Assembly: GCA_977017645.1 (NCBI GenBank)
Contig: OZ360224.1
Span: 88,412,001 to 88,476,000 of the forward strand
Source: Torpedo marmorata
Lineage: Eukaryota
Length of the DNA: 64,000 bases
Direction: 5' to 3'
Part shown: in pieces, positions 25,791 to 37,322 of the stretch
Layout of the letters: every line of letters begins with the position of its first letter
How positions within the stretch are numbered: the first letter of the stretch is position 1
The notes under the pieces: model-generated
The model's input: only the letters and a program-made list of their open reading frames with translations
What the model was told of the DNA's origin: nothing
Database searches by the model: none
Made by a program: the position numbers and the translations under genes

Positions 25791-28199
25791 AGACCACAAT
25801 CAGTGAAGATTGGCAAGAACATCTCCTCCACGATCTCCATCAGTACTGGAGCACCACAGGGCTGCGTTCTTAGCCCCCTGCGTTACTCACTTTACACCTA
25901 TGACTGTGTGGCTTGGTACGACAATACAACCATCTATAAATTCGCTGACGATACCACAGTAGTGGGTTGCATAAAAAGGGGCAGCAGACAGGAGGGAGAT
26001 TGAAAACTTGGCTGAATGGTGCACCAACAACAACCTCGCACTCAATACCACCAAAACCAAGGAGCTGATTGTTGACTTCAGGAAGGGTAAACCAGAGGTG
26101 CACGATCCAGTGATTATTGGGGGAATCAGAGGTGGAGGGTGAGCAAATTTAAGTTCTTGGGATTCACTATCTCAGAGGATCTTTTCTGGACTCAACACAC
26201 CAATGGCATCTTAAAGAAAGCACGTTAGCACCTCTACTTCCTCAGGAGTTTGCAAAGGTTTGGTATGACATCGGAAACCCTGGCAAATTTCTACAGATGT
26301 GTGGTGGAGAGTGTGCTGATCGGTTGTATCACAGTCTGGTATGGGGACAACAATAGCCCTGAACATAAAGCCCTGCAAAATGTAGTGGACACAGCCCAGG
26401 ACATCACAGGCAAAACCCTCCCTAACATCGAGAACATCTACAGGGAATGTTGACGTTGGAGAGCAGCAGCAATCATCAAGGATCCACATCACCCAGCACA
26501 CGCTCTGTTCTCGCTGCTACCATCAGGAAAGAGGTTTAGGTGCCACAAGACTCGCACCATTAGGTTCAGGAACAGCTGCTACCCCTCCACCATCAGACTC
26601 CTTAACAACAAACTCAATCAGGTACTCATTTAAGGACTCTTACTTTTGCAATTTATTGATTTTTTTTATTCTCACTGTATTTCAGTTTGTTTACATTTCT
26701 TTATTTGTTTAAATGTGTACGTTGAGTACAGTTTTGTTTGCACTACCAATAAGTGGTAATTCTGCCTCACCTGTAGGAAAAAGAATCTCAGAGTTGTATG
26801 TGATGTATGTACTCTGACAATAAATCTGAAATCTAACCCATGTCATTTATAGAGTAATCTCGTCATTCCCATTTCCTTGCTCTACCTCAGCAGTCCTATA
26901 TGTTCCCTCCCGTGCCTGTACAATGCACTATTGAAAGCACTGATTAATTCTACTTTCATTACCCTAACCATCAACATTATCTGCAAAATTATTTCATTCA
27001 TATACCCCTCTATTTTGTCTATCAGGCAATAATGGGATAACCTATTTATTCTGTTCAATAGCATAGTGACTTTAAAAAAATTTAAACCCAAGATTCTCTA
27101 GTCTATTTTGTAAATGCAACGTCTCATTTCTGAAATCAGAAATCCTGTCTGCACCATATCTCCCACAATCTGCTTTCTGTCCTTATTGCCACTGACCTTT
27201 TAATCCATATCAATTTTACTTCATTAAATGCAATCCGAAAATCATATAGATAACCCCTGAAACATTCCTTTCATCAACCTTTGAGCTCATCAAAATTACA
27301 GAAGGAAGGCAGTAAAACACAATTTTGTTGCAACAATTACACGTATTCATCATCAGACGACATGGAAACAGGCCCTTCTACCCAGTAGGTTGACATAAAC
27401 GGTCAAACAGCCATTTACGGTCATCCCATTTTATTGTCCACACATTCTCATCACCTCTCTCAGATTCTACTCCTCATCTTTATAGTGGACAAAATTTACA
27501 GGGGCCAATTAACCGACACATTCTTGAGGTGGGTGGAAACCCATGTGTCACAGGAAAACTGCAAACTCCACAAAGACATCTCAATAAGTCAGAACGGAAT
27601 TCAAATCGCTAGAACTGTGAACACCAGTGGCCGCGCCTGGCTTTTGCCTGGCTGAACTCATTCTTGGATTGAGCAACTTCTCTCACATTTCCACTCTGAG
27701 GAGCAGAAAGAACTTGTTCAAGACAGATGGGTGCAAACCAACAGTACAGGAATCAGTGTCCTCATAGGAAATTTAATTAAAATATTTAAATTGGCAAAGG
27801 TTCAGACATCAAAGCACGGAGATAGTAAATGGAAAAAAAATGTATGAAGAAGTGAGACCATTAAATAGGAGAGTATGAAGTAGTACAGCATTAGGTATGA
27901 GTTGACTAAGAAACTGAGGACAAAATGTGTACGTTTTATCCTGCTCATGATTGGTATGTTGGATGCACAAACATTTAGTGGTGGATGATAGCTGAAACAT
28001 TGCTGACAATGAAAGGACAGGGCTGGGTAATTAATAAAAGTGTAGTGTTCAGAAAAGATAAGGTAAAAAAGGAGACATAGCAGCAAGATATAGTCTTGAA
28101 GAGAGATATCCTTCAGGTGTCAAGGACAAAATCAACTGGGGTAGAAATCAGAAACAAGGGAGTTGTCATCACATTGCTGGCACTAAACAGAGGAAGACA

Positions 28200-28545
28200 A
28201 AGGAGAAAGCCGTACCCGGGACGAGTGACCGAGCGGGGCCCAGGAGGGAAGGCTGCCGCCCCGCTTCCTGCTCACTTACCTCGCAGGCGCCCAGCTTGGC
28301 GCGCACTTCCTCGGCCAGAAAGCGCTCCAGCCCCCGGCTGGCCGTGCAGAAATAGCGGCACGCAGCGCTTGGCATCGCAGCCGGAGGCCGTGCCCTTTCC
28401 TCAGGACACAACATGGGCACCAGGCCCAGGGTTGCCTGGGAAACAAACCGGAACTCCCGTGCCCAACCGGAGGTTACGATCGCACAGAACGCGTGCGGTT
28501 CTACTTTAAATTAAACCGCAAACATTTCCAGAGCGTGCATTGCTT
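28200..28545 (-). promoter_or_regulatory. CpG island / probable THUMPD2 promoter
   Basis: High GC and CpG density around exon 1 in non-repeat sequence. ETS-like ACCGGAA at ~28447. Confidence 0.7.
28280..28414 (-). CDS. THUMPD2: THUMPD2 coding exon 1 (start ATG at 28414, alternatively 28375)
   Basis: MLCPEERARPPAAMPSAACRYFCTASRGLERFLAEEVRAKLGACE followed by strong donor GTAAGT. Resembles human ARFFCTAGRGLEPFVMREVRARLAATQ as recalled. Lies in a CpG-rich island. Confidence 0.88.
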
Positions 28546-28595
28546 CGGTTAGGACTGCACAGTGGGGGAAGGAGTTGCAGTGGTTCCACTGGGGG

Positions 28596-28717
28596 CTTCA
28601 CTGAGAGGAGGAATTGTACTAGTCCCACTGCGGGCTTGCCCTGTCTTCACTGAGGGGAGGAATTGTACTAGTCCCACTGCGGGCTTGCACTGTCTTCACT
28701 GAGGGGAGGAATTGCAC
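28596..28717. repeat. 49-bp tandem repeat (~2.5 copies plus a degenerate one) upstream of THUMPD2
   Basis: cttcactgag(a/g)ggaggaattgtactagtcccactgcgggcttgc(c/a)ctgt starts at 28596, 28645 and 28694. Confidence 0.92.
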
Positions 28718-28900
28718 GATTAACAGTTGGGTTTGATGTTGTTTACATTGGTGAGAGGAGTTGCATGCTTACATTCTGGAGAGAAGGGTACATTGTTCAC
28801 ACATGGGTGGGGCTGTACGAAGTGAAACACTATCGGCTGCAGACGCTGTGATTGTAGGAGACAAAGATATATTGCCAGCGTTTCGGGCCTGAGCCCTTCT

Positions 28901-29848
28901 TCAGAATCAGAATCAGAATTTATTGTCATGAACAAGTCATGAAATTCGGTGCTTTGCGGCAGCATCATAGTGCAATTAACATTCATATTAACCATTCTAA
29001 CGACATTACTATATAAAAATTATAAACAATAGTGCACTAGTGTCTTTGGTTCATTGATTGTTCAGGAATCTGATGGCAGCAGGGAAGAAGCTGACCTTGT
29101 GCCGTTGAGTGCTCGTCTTTAGGCTCCTGTACCTTTTCCCCGATGGAAGCAGCGTGAAGAGGGCATGGCCTGGGTGGTGGGGGTCCTTGAGGATAGAGGC
29201 AGCTTTATTAAGACATCGCCTCATGTAGATGTCCTCGATGGAGTGAAGTTTGGTGCCCGTGATGTCACAGGCCAAGGTAACAACCTTCTGGAGTTTGCTC
29301 TTGTCCTGGGAGTTGGCACCACCATACCAGGCAGTGATGCAACCAGCTAGAATGCTCTCCACGGTACACCTGTAGAAGTTCACGAGAGTCTTTGGCGACA
29401 TACCGAATCTCCGCAATCGCCTCACAAAGTATAGCCGCTGACGAGCCTTCTTTGTGATTGCATCCACGTGGATGCTCCAGGACAGATCCTCGGAGATGTT
29501 GACACCCAGGAATTTGAAGTTCTTGACCCTCTCCACGACTGAGCCCTCGATGAGGACTGGGTTGTGTTCCCCTGACTTCCTCCTGAAGTCCACAATCATC
29601 TCCTTGGTTTTACTGACGTTGAGCTCGAGGTTGTTGTCATTACACCATTCAATGAGCTGATCTATCTCCCTCCTGTACGCTTCCTCATTGCCGTTTGTGA
29701 TTCTGCCGACAACTGTGGTGTCATCGGCAAACTTGTATATGGCATTGGAATTGTGCCTGGCCACACAGTCATGAGTGTATAGCGAGTAGAGCAGTGGACT
29801 AAGCACGCATCCTTGGGGTGCGCCTGTGTTTATAATCAGTGAGGAGGA
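28901..29848 (-). mobile_element. Rex1/Babar LINE 3' fragment (family A, copy 2)
   Basis: Uninterrupted ORF 29051..29806 ([13 protein letters not shown]...KFADD...AIRFLNNQ). (TTCTGA)3 tail. Confidence 0.94.
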
Positions 29849-29934
29849 GTAAAATCAGAAAAGGCAGAAGCAGGATATATCAGAAAGTCTCAGAATTGAA
29901 ACAATAGGGGAGGAATCCAGACCGATGTTGGATT

Positions 29935-31230
29935 ACCAGGACTCTGCGATGCCACTTTGTTGAAAGGCTCTACGAATAATCCAGGAAATTATAGGTCGGT
30001 GAGCCTCACATCAGTAATGGGTACATTTTTGGAAGGTATCCGAAGAGACCCGATATATGTACTTGAATAGACAGGGACTGATTTAGGGATAGTCAATATT
30101 GGCGTTGTGCATGGTAGGTCATATCCAACCAATCTTACAGAGCTTTTTGAGGAGGTTACCAGGACAGTTGATGAAGGAAAGGCATACATGGACTTTAGTT
30201 GGCCTTTAACAAGGTCCCTCATGGGAGTTAAACAGGAAAGTTTGCAGACCTTGTAATTGTAGGTTGGTCAAGAAGTTTCTGTCACTTGACATCCAGGATG
30301 AAGTAATAAACTTGATTAGACATAGACTCTGTGGGAGAAGCCAAAGAGTGATAGTAGAGGATTGCTGCTCTGACCGGAAGCCTATGACTAGTGGTGTGCC
30401 TCAGATGCATCTATATCAATTATCTGGATTTTAATGTGATACATTGGAATTTAATACGGACAAGTGTAAGATGTGGCAGTTTGGGAGGACAAACCAGGGT
30501 AGGATTTGCACTGTAAATGGTAAGGAATTGTGCAGTGCGGCAGAACAGAGGGATCTGGGAATACAGATACACAATTCCTTGAGGTGTCACAGGTAGATAG
30601 GATCGTGAAAAAAGGTTTTGGCACATTGGCCTTCATAGATCAAGATACTGAGTTTGGATGTTATGTTGAAATTGTATAACACATTAGTAAGACCAAATTT
30701 GGAGTATTATGTGCAGGTTTGGCCACCTACCTCCAGGAAAGATATCAATAAAATTGAAAGAGTGTAGAGAAAATTTACAAGGATGTTGCCAGGATTTGAA
30801 GAGTAGAGTTCTGGGGCAAGGTTGAATAAGTTAGGACTTTATTTTCTGGAGCATTGGAGAATGAGTGGAGATTAGATAGAGGTATACAAAATTCTGAGGT
30901 GCATAGATAAGGCAAGCAGGCCTTTTCCATTGAGGATGGTGAGACAAGAACAAAAGGACATGGGTTAAGAGTGAAAGGTGAAATATTTAAGGGGAACATT
31001 AGGAGGAACTTCTTCTCACAGAGAGTGGTGAGAGTGTGGAACAAGCTGCCAGCAGAGGTGGTGGATGTGGGTTCAATTTTAACATTTAAGAGAAGATTGG
31101 ATAGGTCCATAGATGGGAGGGGTATGAAGGGCTATGGTCCGGCTGCAGGTCGATGGGACTAGGCAGAATAAATAGTTTGGGACGACTAGATGATCTGAAG
31201 GGCCTGTTTCTGTACTGTAGTGTTCTATGG
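29935..31230 (+). mobile_element. CR1 LINE, old, with internal deletions
   Basis: NPGNYRSVSLTS, SGVPQ and FFSQRVVRVWNKLP remnants; tail ...gtgttctatgg. Confidence 0.85.
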
Positions 31231-31497
31231 TTTTATTTGGTTAAATGCTATCCTGATGTCAAAGGTACTTACTTCCAGTTCACCCTTGGCATTTAGCCCT
31301 TTGGTTCCATGTTTAGAGCAATAATGTGGTGACACGTGGAGCTGAGTGGCTCTGGTGAGATGCTTACTGGGTATTGCTGAACAGGTTATTGGTAAGTGCC
31401 GCTTGTTTGCACTGTTAACTACATTTTCCATCATTTTGTTGATAAGTCAGAGTAAATCAGGGAATTAAAAAGGCAATCTATATACAATACACAAAAT

Positions 31498-31663
31498 TGT
31501 TGGATAGTGTGCTACCACTAGAAGGAGTCAGAGATGAGTTGTGTGGCAGCTGTTGCATCTTGTCTGTATGTGTTCTGTTCTTAGTGCTATTTTCTTTAGT
31601 TAATAAATGTAGTTGTTTAAAAAAGAACCTAAGTTTCTTTATTGTAATAGAAGAAACATCACA
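31498..31663 (+). repeat. 5' LTR of Gypsy element
   Basis: Matches 37131-37322 (gatagtgtgctaccactag...agaagaaacatcaca). First bases diverge, so the start is approximate. Confidence 0.9.
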
Positions 31664-31678
31664 TGGTACCAGGAGTGG
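31664..31678 (+). promoter_or_regulatory. Primer-binding site complementary to tRNA-Leu(TAA) 3' end
   Basis: TGGTACCAGGAGTGG is the reverse complement of CCACTCCTGGTA-CCA, the 3' end of vertebrate tRNA-Leu(TAA) as I recall it. Confidence 0.75.
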
Positions 31679-34249
31679 CAAACCGGATACACGGAAGATT
31701 GCAATGCGACTTACTGTGGCGGGACCTAAAGCTCTAGAGGTTTTCAACACATTTGTTTTTGCCGAGGCAGAAGACCAGAGCAAATTCGACAAGGTTATCG
31801 AGATGTTTGATGAACACTGTTCATCAAAGAAAAATGAAACCTTCGAGAGGTACGTGTTTCGCTCGCACACACAGCTGCAGGGAGAGAGCTTTGATACTTT
31901 TGCAACAGACTTAAAATTAAAAGCAAGAACATGCAATTTCAGACCGCTGCAAGATTCAATGATCCGTGATCAAATTTTGTTCGGAATTAATGATAGGAAA
32001 GTGAGAGAGAGGTTGCTGCAAGAGACAGAGCTTATATTAGCTGGAGCTGTGAAGATATGCCACGTCAGTGAATTAGCTCTGCAGCACGCAAAAAAGTTTG
32101 GTGATAGAGGAAAAGCCAGTGAAAATGAAGGCATAGTCATAGCCACAGTGTCTGGACACACACACAAACAAAATATGAGATATAGGAAACATCAAAAAGC
32201 TGGAGAGACATTCATTTGTAAACGATGTGGCACTAAACATGCGCCCAAACAATGCCCAGCTTATGGGAAAGTCTGTAATAAGTGCAAAGGGCAGAATCAC
32301 TATGCAAAGCAATGTTTTTCCAAAGGGAAACAAGACAGAAGTAAAAGTGTACACACTATAGAAGAAACTGCTCTCAGTGATACACTTTTCGTGGGCATGG
32401 TAGTGCAGGAAGTGAACAGTGTCGAGCAGGATAAGTAGACTGTGTCATTGCATACAAATGGAACAAATGTTCCTTTCAACATGGACACAGGGGCAATGGT
32501 CAATTTGATCTGTGAGCGCGACATCAGGGCAATGAAGATAAAGCCATAAATCCATACAAATCCTGTACTGCTCAAAGCCTACAATGGACAGAGCATTGAC
32601 ACGAAAGGTACATGTAACTCAAGGTGAAAGTTAAAGATAAAGAGCACCACCGCAGGTTCACAGTAGTCCCAGATGGACATTATTCACTGGTGACAAAGCA
32701 TGTGAAAACTTAAGCCTAGTCTAGAGGGTGTACCACATTAACAGTGACAATGCACGGAACAGCGTAGAGGAAATACTGGATCAATCTCCAGACATCTTCA
32801 AGGGGTTTGGAGTTCTACCATTCACCTATAAGATACAGTTAAAGGAGGACGCACAGCCAGTAGTGCATGCCCCGAGGCGGGTTCCAGCGCCACTAAAAGA
32901 AAAGCTCAAGCAGGAATGACGGCACTAGGGGTCATAAAGTGGAGGAGCCCACAGAATGGGTGAATTCAATGGTGTGTGTCAAAAAGAAGAACGGTGACCT
33001 ACGTGTGTGCAAGGACCCAAAAGACTTGAATGCCAATATAAAGAGGGAACATTATCAGATTCCGACGAGGGATGAAATTACAAGTGAGATGGCAGTTGCA
33101 GTTTTTCACTAAATTGAATGCATCCCAGGGCTTCTGGCAAATAAAACTGCATGATGATAGCACAAAATACTGTACATTTAATACACCGTTTGGCCGATAC
33201 TCCTGACTGAGGATGTCTTTTGGAATTTCCTCAGCTCCGGAACTGTTCCACAGGACAATGGAGCACATCATAGAAGGCATAAATGGGGTACGTGTGCACA
33301 TGGATGACATGATCCTATGGGGATCAACACAACACAACGAGAGGCTCATCAAAGTGCTACAACACATCCAGAAGAATGGATTAAAGTTAAACAGAGAAAA
33401 ATGTCAGTTTGGTATGAAGGAAATCATCTTTCTGGGAGATAAACTGTCAGAGAAGGTGTGGAGCCAGACAAGAGCAAGGTGAAAGCAATTTTAGAGATGC
33501 CCAGACCCACTGACAAAAAAGGCATATCGAGAGTGCTGGGAATGATCAATTTCATTGGTAAATTCATACCAAACCTGTCTTCCAAAACAATGCACCTGTT
33601 ACAGGACAAATGTGAATTCAAGTGGACAGACAACCACGAGGAAGAATGGGGACGACTGAAGACCATTCTAACTATAGAACCAGTACTTTTGATGTTCTTT
33701 GACGCATCCAGAAGGACGAAAATATCAATGTACGCTTCAAAAAGATGGAATAGGTGCCGTACTACTTCAGGCTATGGGAGAAGATTGGAGGCCAGTAGCA
33801 TACGCATCAAGGACGATGACAATATCTGAATGTCGATATGCACAGATCGAGAAAGAGTGTCTCAGTCTGGTTTATGGACTCGAGAAATTTCACAGTTATG
33901 TGTATGGTCCACCAACATTCGTGGCAGAGACAGACCACAAGCCATTAATAGCGATAATCAAGAAAAATCTCTGAAATGTCGCCAAGAATCCAAAGACTGA
34001 TGATGAAGCTACAACGTTATGACTTTGAATTGGTGTACACACCAGGGAAATTTATTGTGTTAGCTGATGCGTTATCCAGCGCAACGACGCAGAGTGAAGC
34101 ACACAATGAGAGTTCCACAGAGACAGATGTGAATCTGATCACTGAATCGCTTCCCGTATCTGACATGAAGTCCAAGCAGATCGCAGCTGAAACAGAAAAG
34201 GACACAGTTCTGCAGAAAGTCATCAAGAATCTGAATGAAGGATGGCCTA

Positions 34250-35833
34250 ATAGAACAGTGCCTAATAGAATCCCTGAAAAGGCTGAGGACCCTGTGATAT
34301 CTGTCTCTGAGGGCGACGTCAGAACATCATTCAAGAGGGTGAACCCTCGCAAGGCGTCAGGCCCTGACGGCGTACCTGGCAGGGTATTGAAAATCTGCGC
34401 CAACCAACTAGCCGGAATGTTCACGGACATTTTCAACCTCTCATTGCGGCAGTCAGAGGTTCCCACCTGCTTCAAAAGGGCACTTCCGGTACCCAAGAAG
34501 AGTAGCGTGAGCTGCCTCAACGACTACTGCCCAGTAGCACTAACTTCTACTGTGGTGAAATGCTTTGAGAGGCTGGTCATGGCCAGAATTAACACATACC
34601 TAAGCAAAGATCTGGACCCACTGCAATTCGCCTATCGCCACAATCGCTCCACAGCAGATGCAATATCGCTGGCTCTCCACTCAGCTCTGGATCACCTCGA
34701 AAACAGCAATTCATACATACGGTTGCTCTTCATCGACTACAGCTCGGCCTTCAATACCATTATTCCCTCAGTGCTGGTCAAGAAACTACAAACTCTAGGC
34801 CTCTGTACCCCACTCTGCAACTGGATCCTTGACTTTCTCATCGGAAGACCACAGTCAGTACGAATTGGAAACAAGGTCTCCTCCTCACTGATTATCAACA
34901 CAGGCGCACCCCAAGGATGCGTGCTTAGTCCACTGCTCTACTCGTTATACACTCATGACTGTGTGGCCAGGCACAATTCCAATGCCATATACAAGTTTGC
35001 CGATGACACCACAGTTGTCGGCAGAATCACAAACGGCAATGAGGAAGCGTACAGGAGGGAGATAGATCAGCTCGTTGAATGGTGTAATGACAACAACCTT
35101 GAGCTCAACATCAGCAAAACCAAGGAGATGATTGTGGACTTCCGGAGGAAGTCAGGGGAACACGACCCAGTCCTCATCGAGGGCTCAGTAGTGGAGAGGG
35201 TCAAGAACTTCAAATTCCTGGGTGTCAACATCTCCGAGGATCTGTCCTGGAGCATCCACGTGGATGCAATCACAAAGAAGGCTCATCAGCGGCTATACTT
35301 TGTGAGGTGTTTGCGGAGATTTGGTATGTCACCAAAGACTCTCGTAAACTTCTACAGGTGTACCGTGGAGAGCATTCTGGCTGGTTGCATCACTGCCTGG
35401 TATGGCGGCGCCAACTCCCAGGACAAGAGTAAACTCCAGAAGGTTGTTAACTCGGCCTGTGACATCACAGGCACCAAACTTCACTCCATCGAGGACATCT
35501 ACATGAGGCGGTGTCTTAAAAAAAGCAGCCTCTATCCTTAAAGACCCCACCACCCAGGCCATGCCCTCTTCACTCTGCTTCCATCGGGGAAAAGGTACAG
35601 GAGCCTAAAGACGAGCACTCAATGGCACAAGGACAGCTTCTTCCCCGCTGCCATCAGATTCCTGAATAATCAATGAACCAAAGACACTACCTTACTTTTC
35701 GTGCACTATTGTTTATAATTTTGTATAGTAATGTCGTTAGATGGTTAATATGAATGTTAATTGCACTATGATGCTGCCGCAAAACACCGAATTTCATGAC
35801 TTGTTCATGACAATAAATTCTGATTCTGATTCT
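34250..35833 (+). mobile_element. Rex1/Babar LINE (family A, copy 3) inserted into Gypsy pol
   Basis: Gypsy NLNEGWP|RGEYQQYYNIRAEL is split by ~1.58 kb of Rex RT ([12 protein letters not shown]...IDYSSAFN...KFADD) ending in (TTCTGA)n. CTA is shared at both junctions. Confidence 0.94.
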
Positions 35834-37130
35834 AGAGGTGAATATCAGCAATACTACAACATCAGAGCTGAGCTGAGTGTTGTCAATGGGCTTCTACTCA
35901 GACAGAGCAGAATTGTCATTCCTCAATCACTGCGACAAGAGATGCTGAAAAGGGTGCATGAGGGGCACCTTGGAATGGAAAAATGCAAGAGGAGGGCCAG
36001 AACTGCTGTTTATTGGCCAGGGATAAACGCTGACATTGACAGAATGGTTTCCAGCTGCGAGACCTGTTTGAAACATCACGCAAAGCAGGCAAAGGAACCC
36101 ATGATGATAATTTACTTACCAGCAGAACCATGGCAGAAAGTTGGGGCTGATCTGTTCTACATGGATGGAAATAATTACTTGCTGGTTATTGATTATCTAT
36201 CGAACTATCCGGAGATAGCGCTGCTTCCTAGCATGTCTGCTGCTTGTGTGATCAAATATATGAAATCGATCTTTGCAAGACATGGAATTCCTCAAATTGT
36301 CTACATTGAAAATGGACCATGCTACAGCTGTGGAGAATTCCAGAACTTTGCAGAAGAGTATGATTTTCAACATGTGACTTCAAGTCTGCATCCACAGTCA
36401 AACGGTAAAGCAGAGAAAGGAGTTCATATAGTTAAACAGTTGCTCATGAAAGCACTAGACAGTGGCTCAGACCCATATCTAGCTCTATTGAGTTACAGAG
36501 CTTTGCCACTTGAACATGGCATGTCACCCACTGAGCTTCTGATGGGACGTAGACTACGCACCGCACTTCCCTACTCTGCAGACCCAAACAAGAACAGAGA
36601 TGTCGAAGATGTCGAACGAAACAAAAGCATCTGCAATGGAGACAAAAAGCAAACTATGACAAGTCAGCAAGAAGCTTAGGGCCACTGGCACAACATGACG
36701 CTGTGAGACTCAGAGATTCCAACACTTGGGACAAAAAGGCTACTGTTCTGGAGGAAGTAAATCCAAGATCCTACACTGTCAGAACAGAGGATGGTCAAAT
36801 ACTGAGGAGGAATCGAAAGAGCCTTCTGAAAATGCAAGAGATACTGCAGGAACAGACAGATGCAGAAGATTCAGTCTGAACAGCAACAGAGGAAACACCA
36901 CCAGTGCTAGACAGGAGTGGACCAGCAGAGCCGACACAAGCACCTGTGTTAAGAAGATCCACATGTGTTATCAAAGCACCTGACAGACTGAATCTCTAAA
37001 AGAAAAAGAACTGCACACTTCAAAGTTTGTGCTGCTGATGTTTGTGTTTACGTTTGTGTTGAACTTTAAATTGAAAGAATACTGTATTAGTGTGTCATGT
37101 TGTTAGATTAAATATCTCAAGGAAAGGGGA

Positions 37131-37322
37131 TGCAGTGATAGTGTGCTACCACTAGGAGGAGTCGGAGATGAGTTGTGTGGTAGCTGTTGCATCTTGGGTA
37201 GAATCAAGATGGATGCCTCCACATGAGGTCTTGTCTGTGTGTGTTCTGTTCTTAGTGCTGTTTGCTTTAGTTAATTTTAAAAATAACCCAAGTTTCTTTA
37301 TTGTAATAGAAGAAACATCACA
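37131..37322 (+). repeat. 3' LTR of Gypsy element
   Basis: Follows the polypurine tract; TG...CA; matches the 5' LTR. Confidence 0.92.

Larger units (their letters stand above)
21610..26832 (+). mobile_element. Rex1/Babar LINE (family B), interrupted by an L1 and a SINE
   Basis: FPNQKPWIN (21690..21899), RVNPRKAYSPDGV (22122..22358), [14 protein letters not shown] split at 22560/25431, [10 protein letters not shown] and KFADD (25803..26003). AATAAATCTGAA tail at ~26820. Confidence 0.9.
31498..37322 (+). mobile_element. Ty3/Gypsy LTR retrotransposon (Mag-like), degenerate provirus
   Basis: 5' LTR ~31498-31663, PBS TGGTACCAGGAGTGG, gag with two CCHC knuckles (CKRCGTKHAPKQC...CNKCKGQNHYAKQC), protease DTGA, RT VHMDD, RNase H (YAQIEKE, ETDHKPL), integrase (HEGHLG..CETC; SNGKAEKGV), PPT AAGGAAAGGGGA, 3' LTR 37131-37322 (TG...CA). 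Confidence 0.95.

Noticed and set aside
28096-28509. Plus-strand 137-aa ORF as a bidirectional partner gene
   Set aside because: Non-ATG start and Pro/Arg/Gly-rich composition typical of a CpG-island frame; no downstream plus-strand exons recognised.
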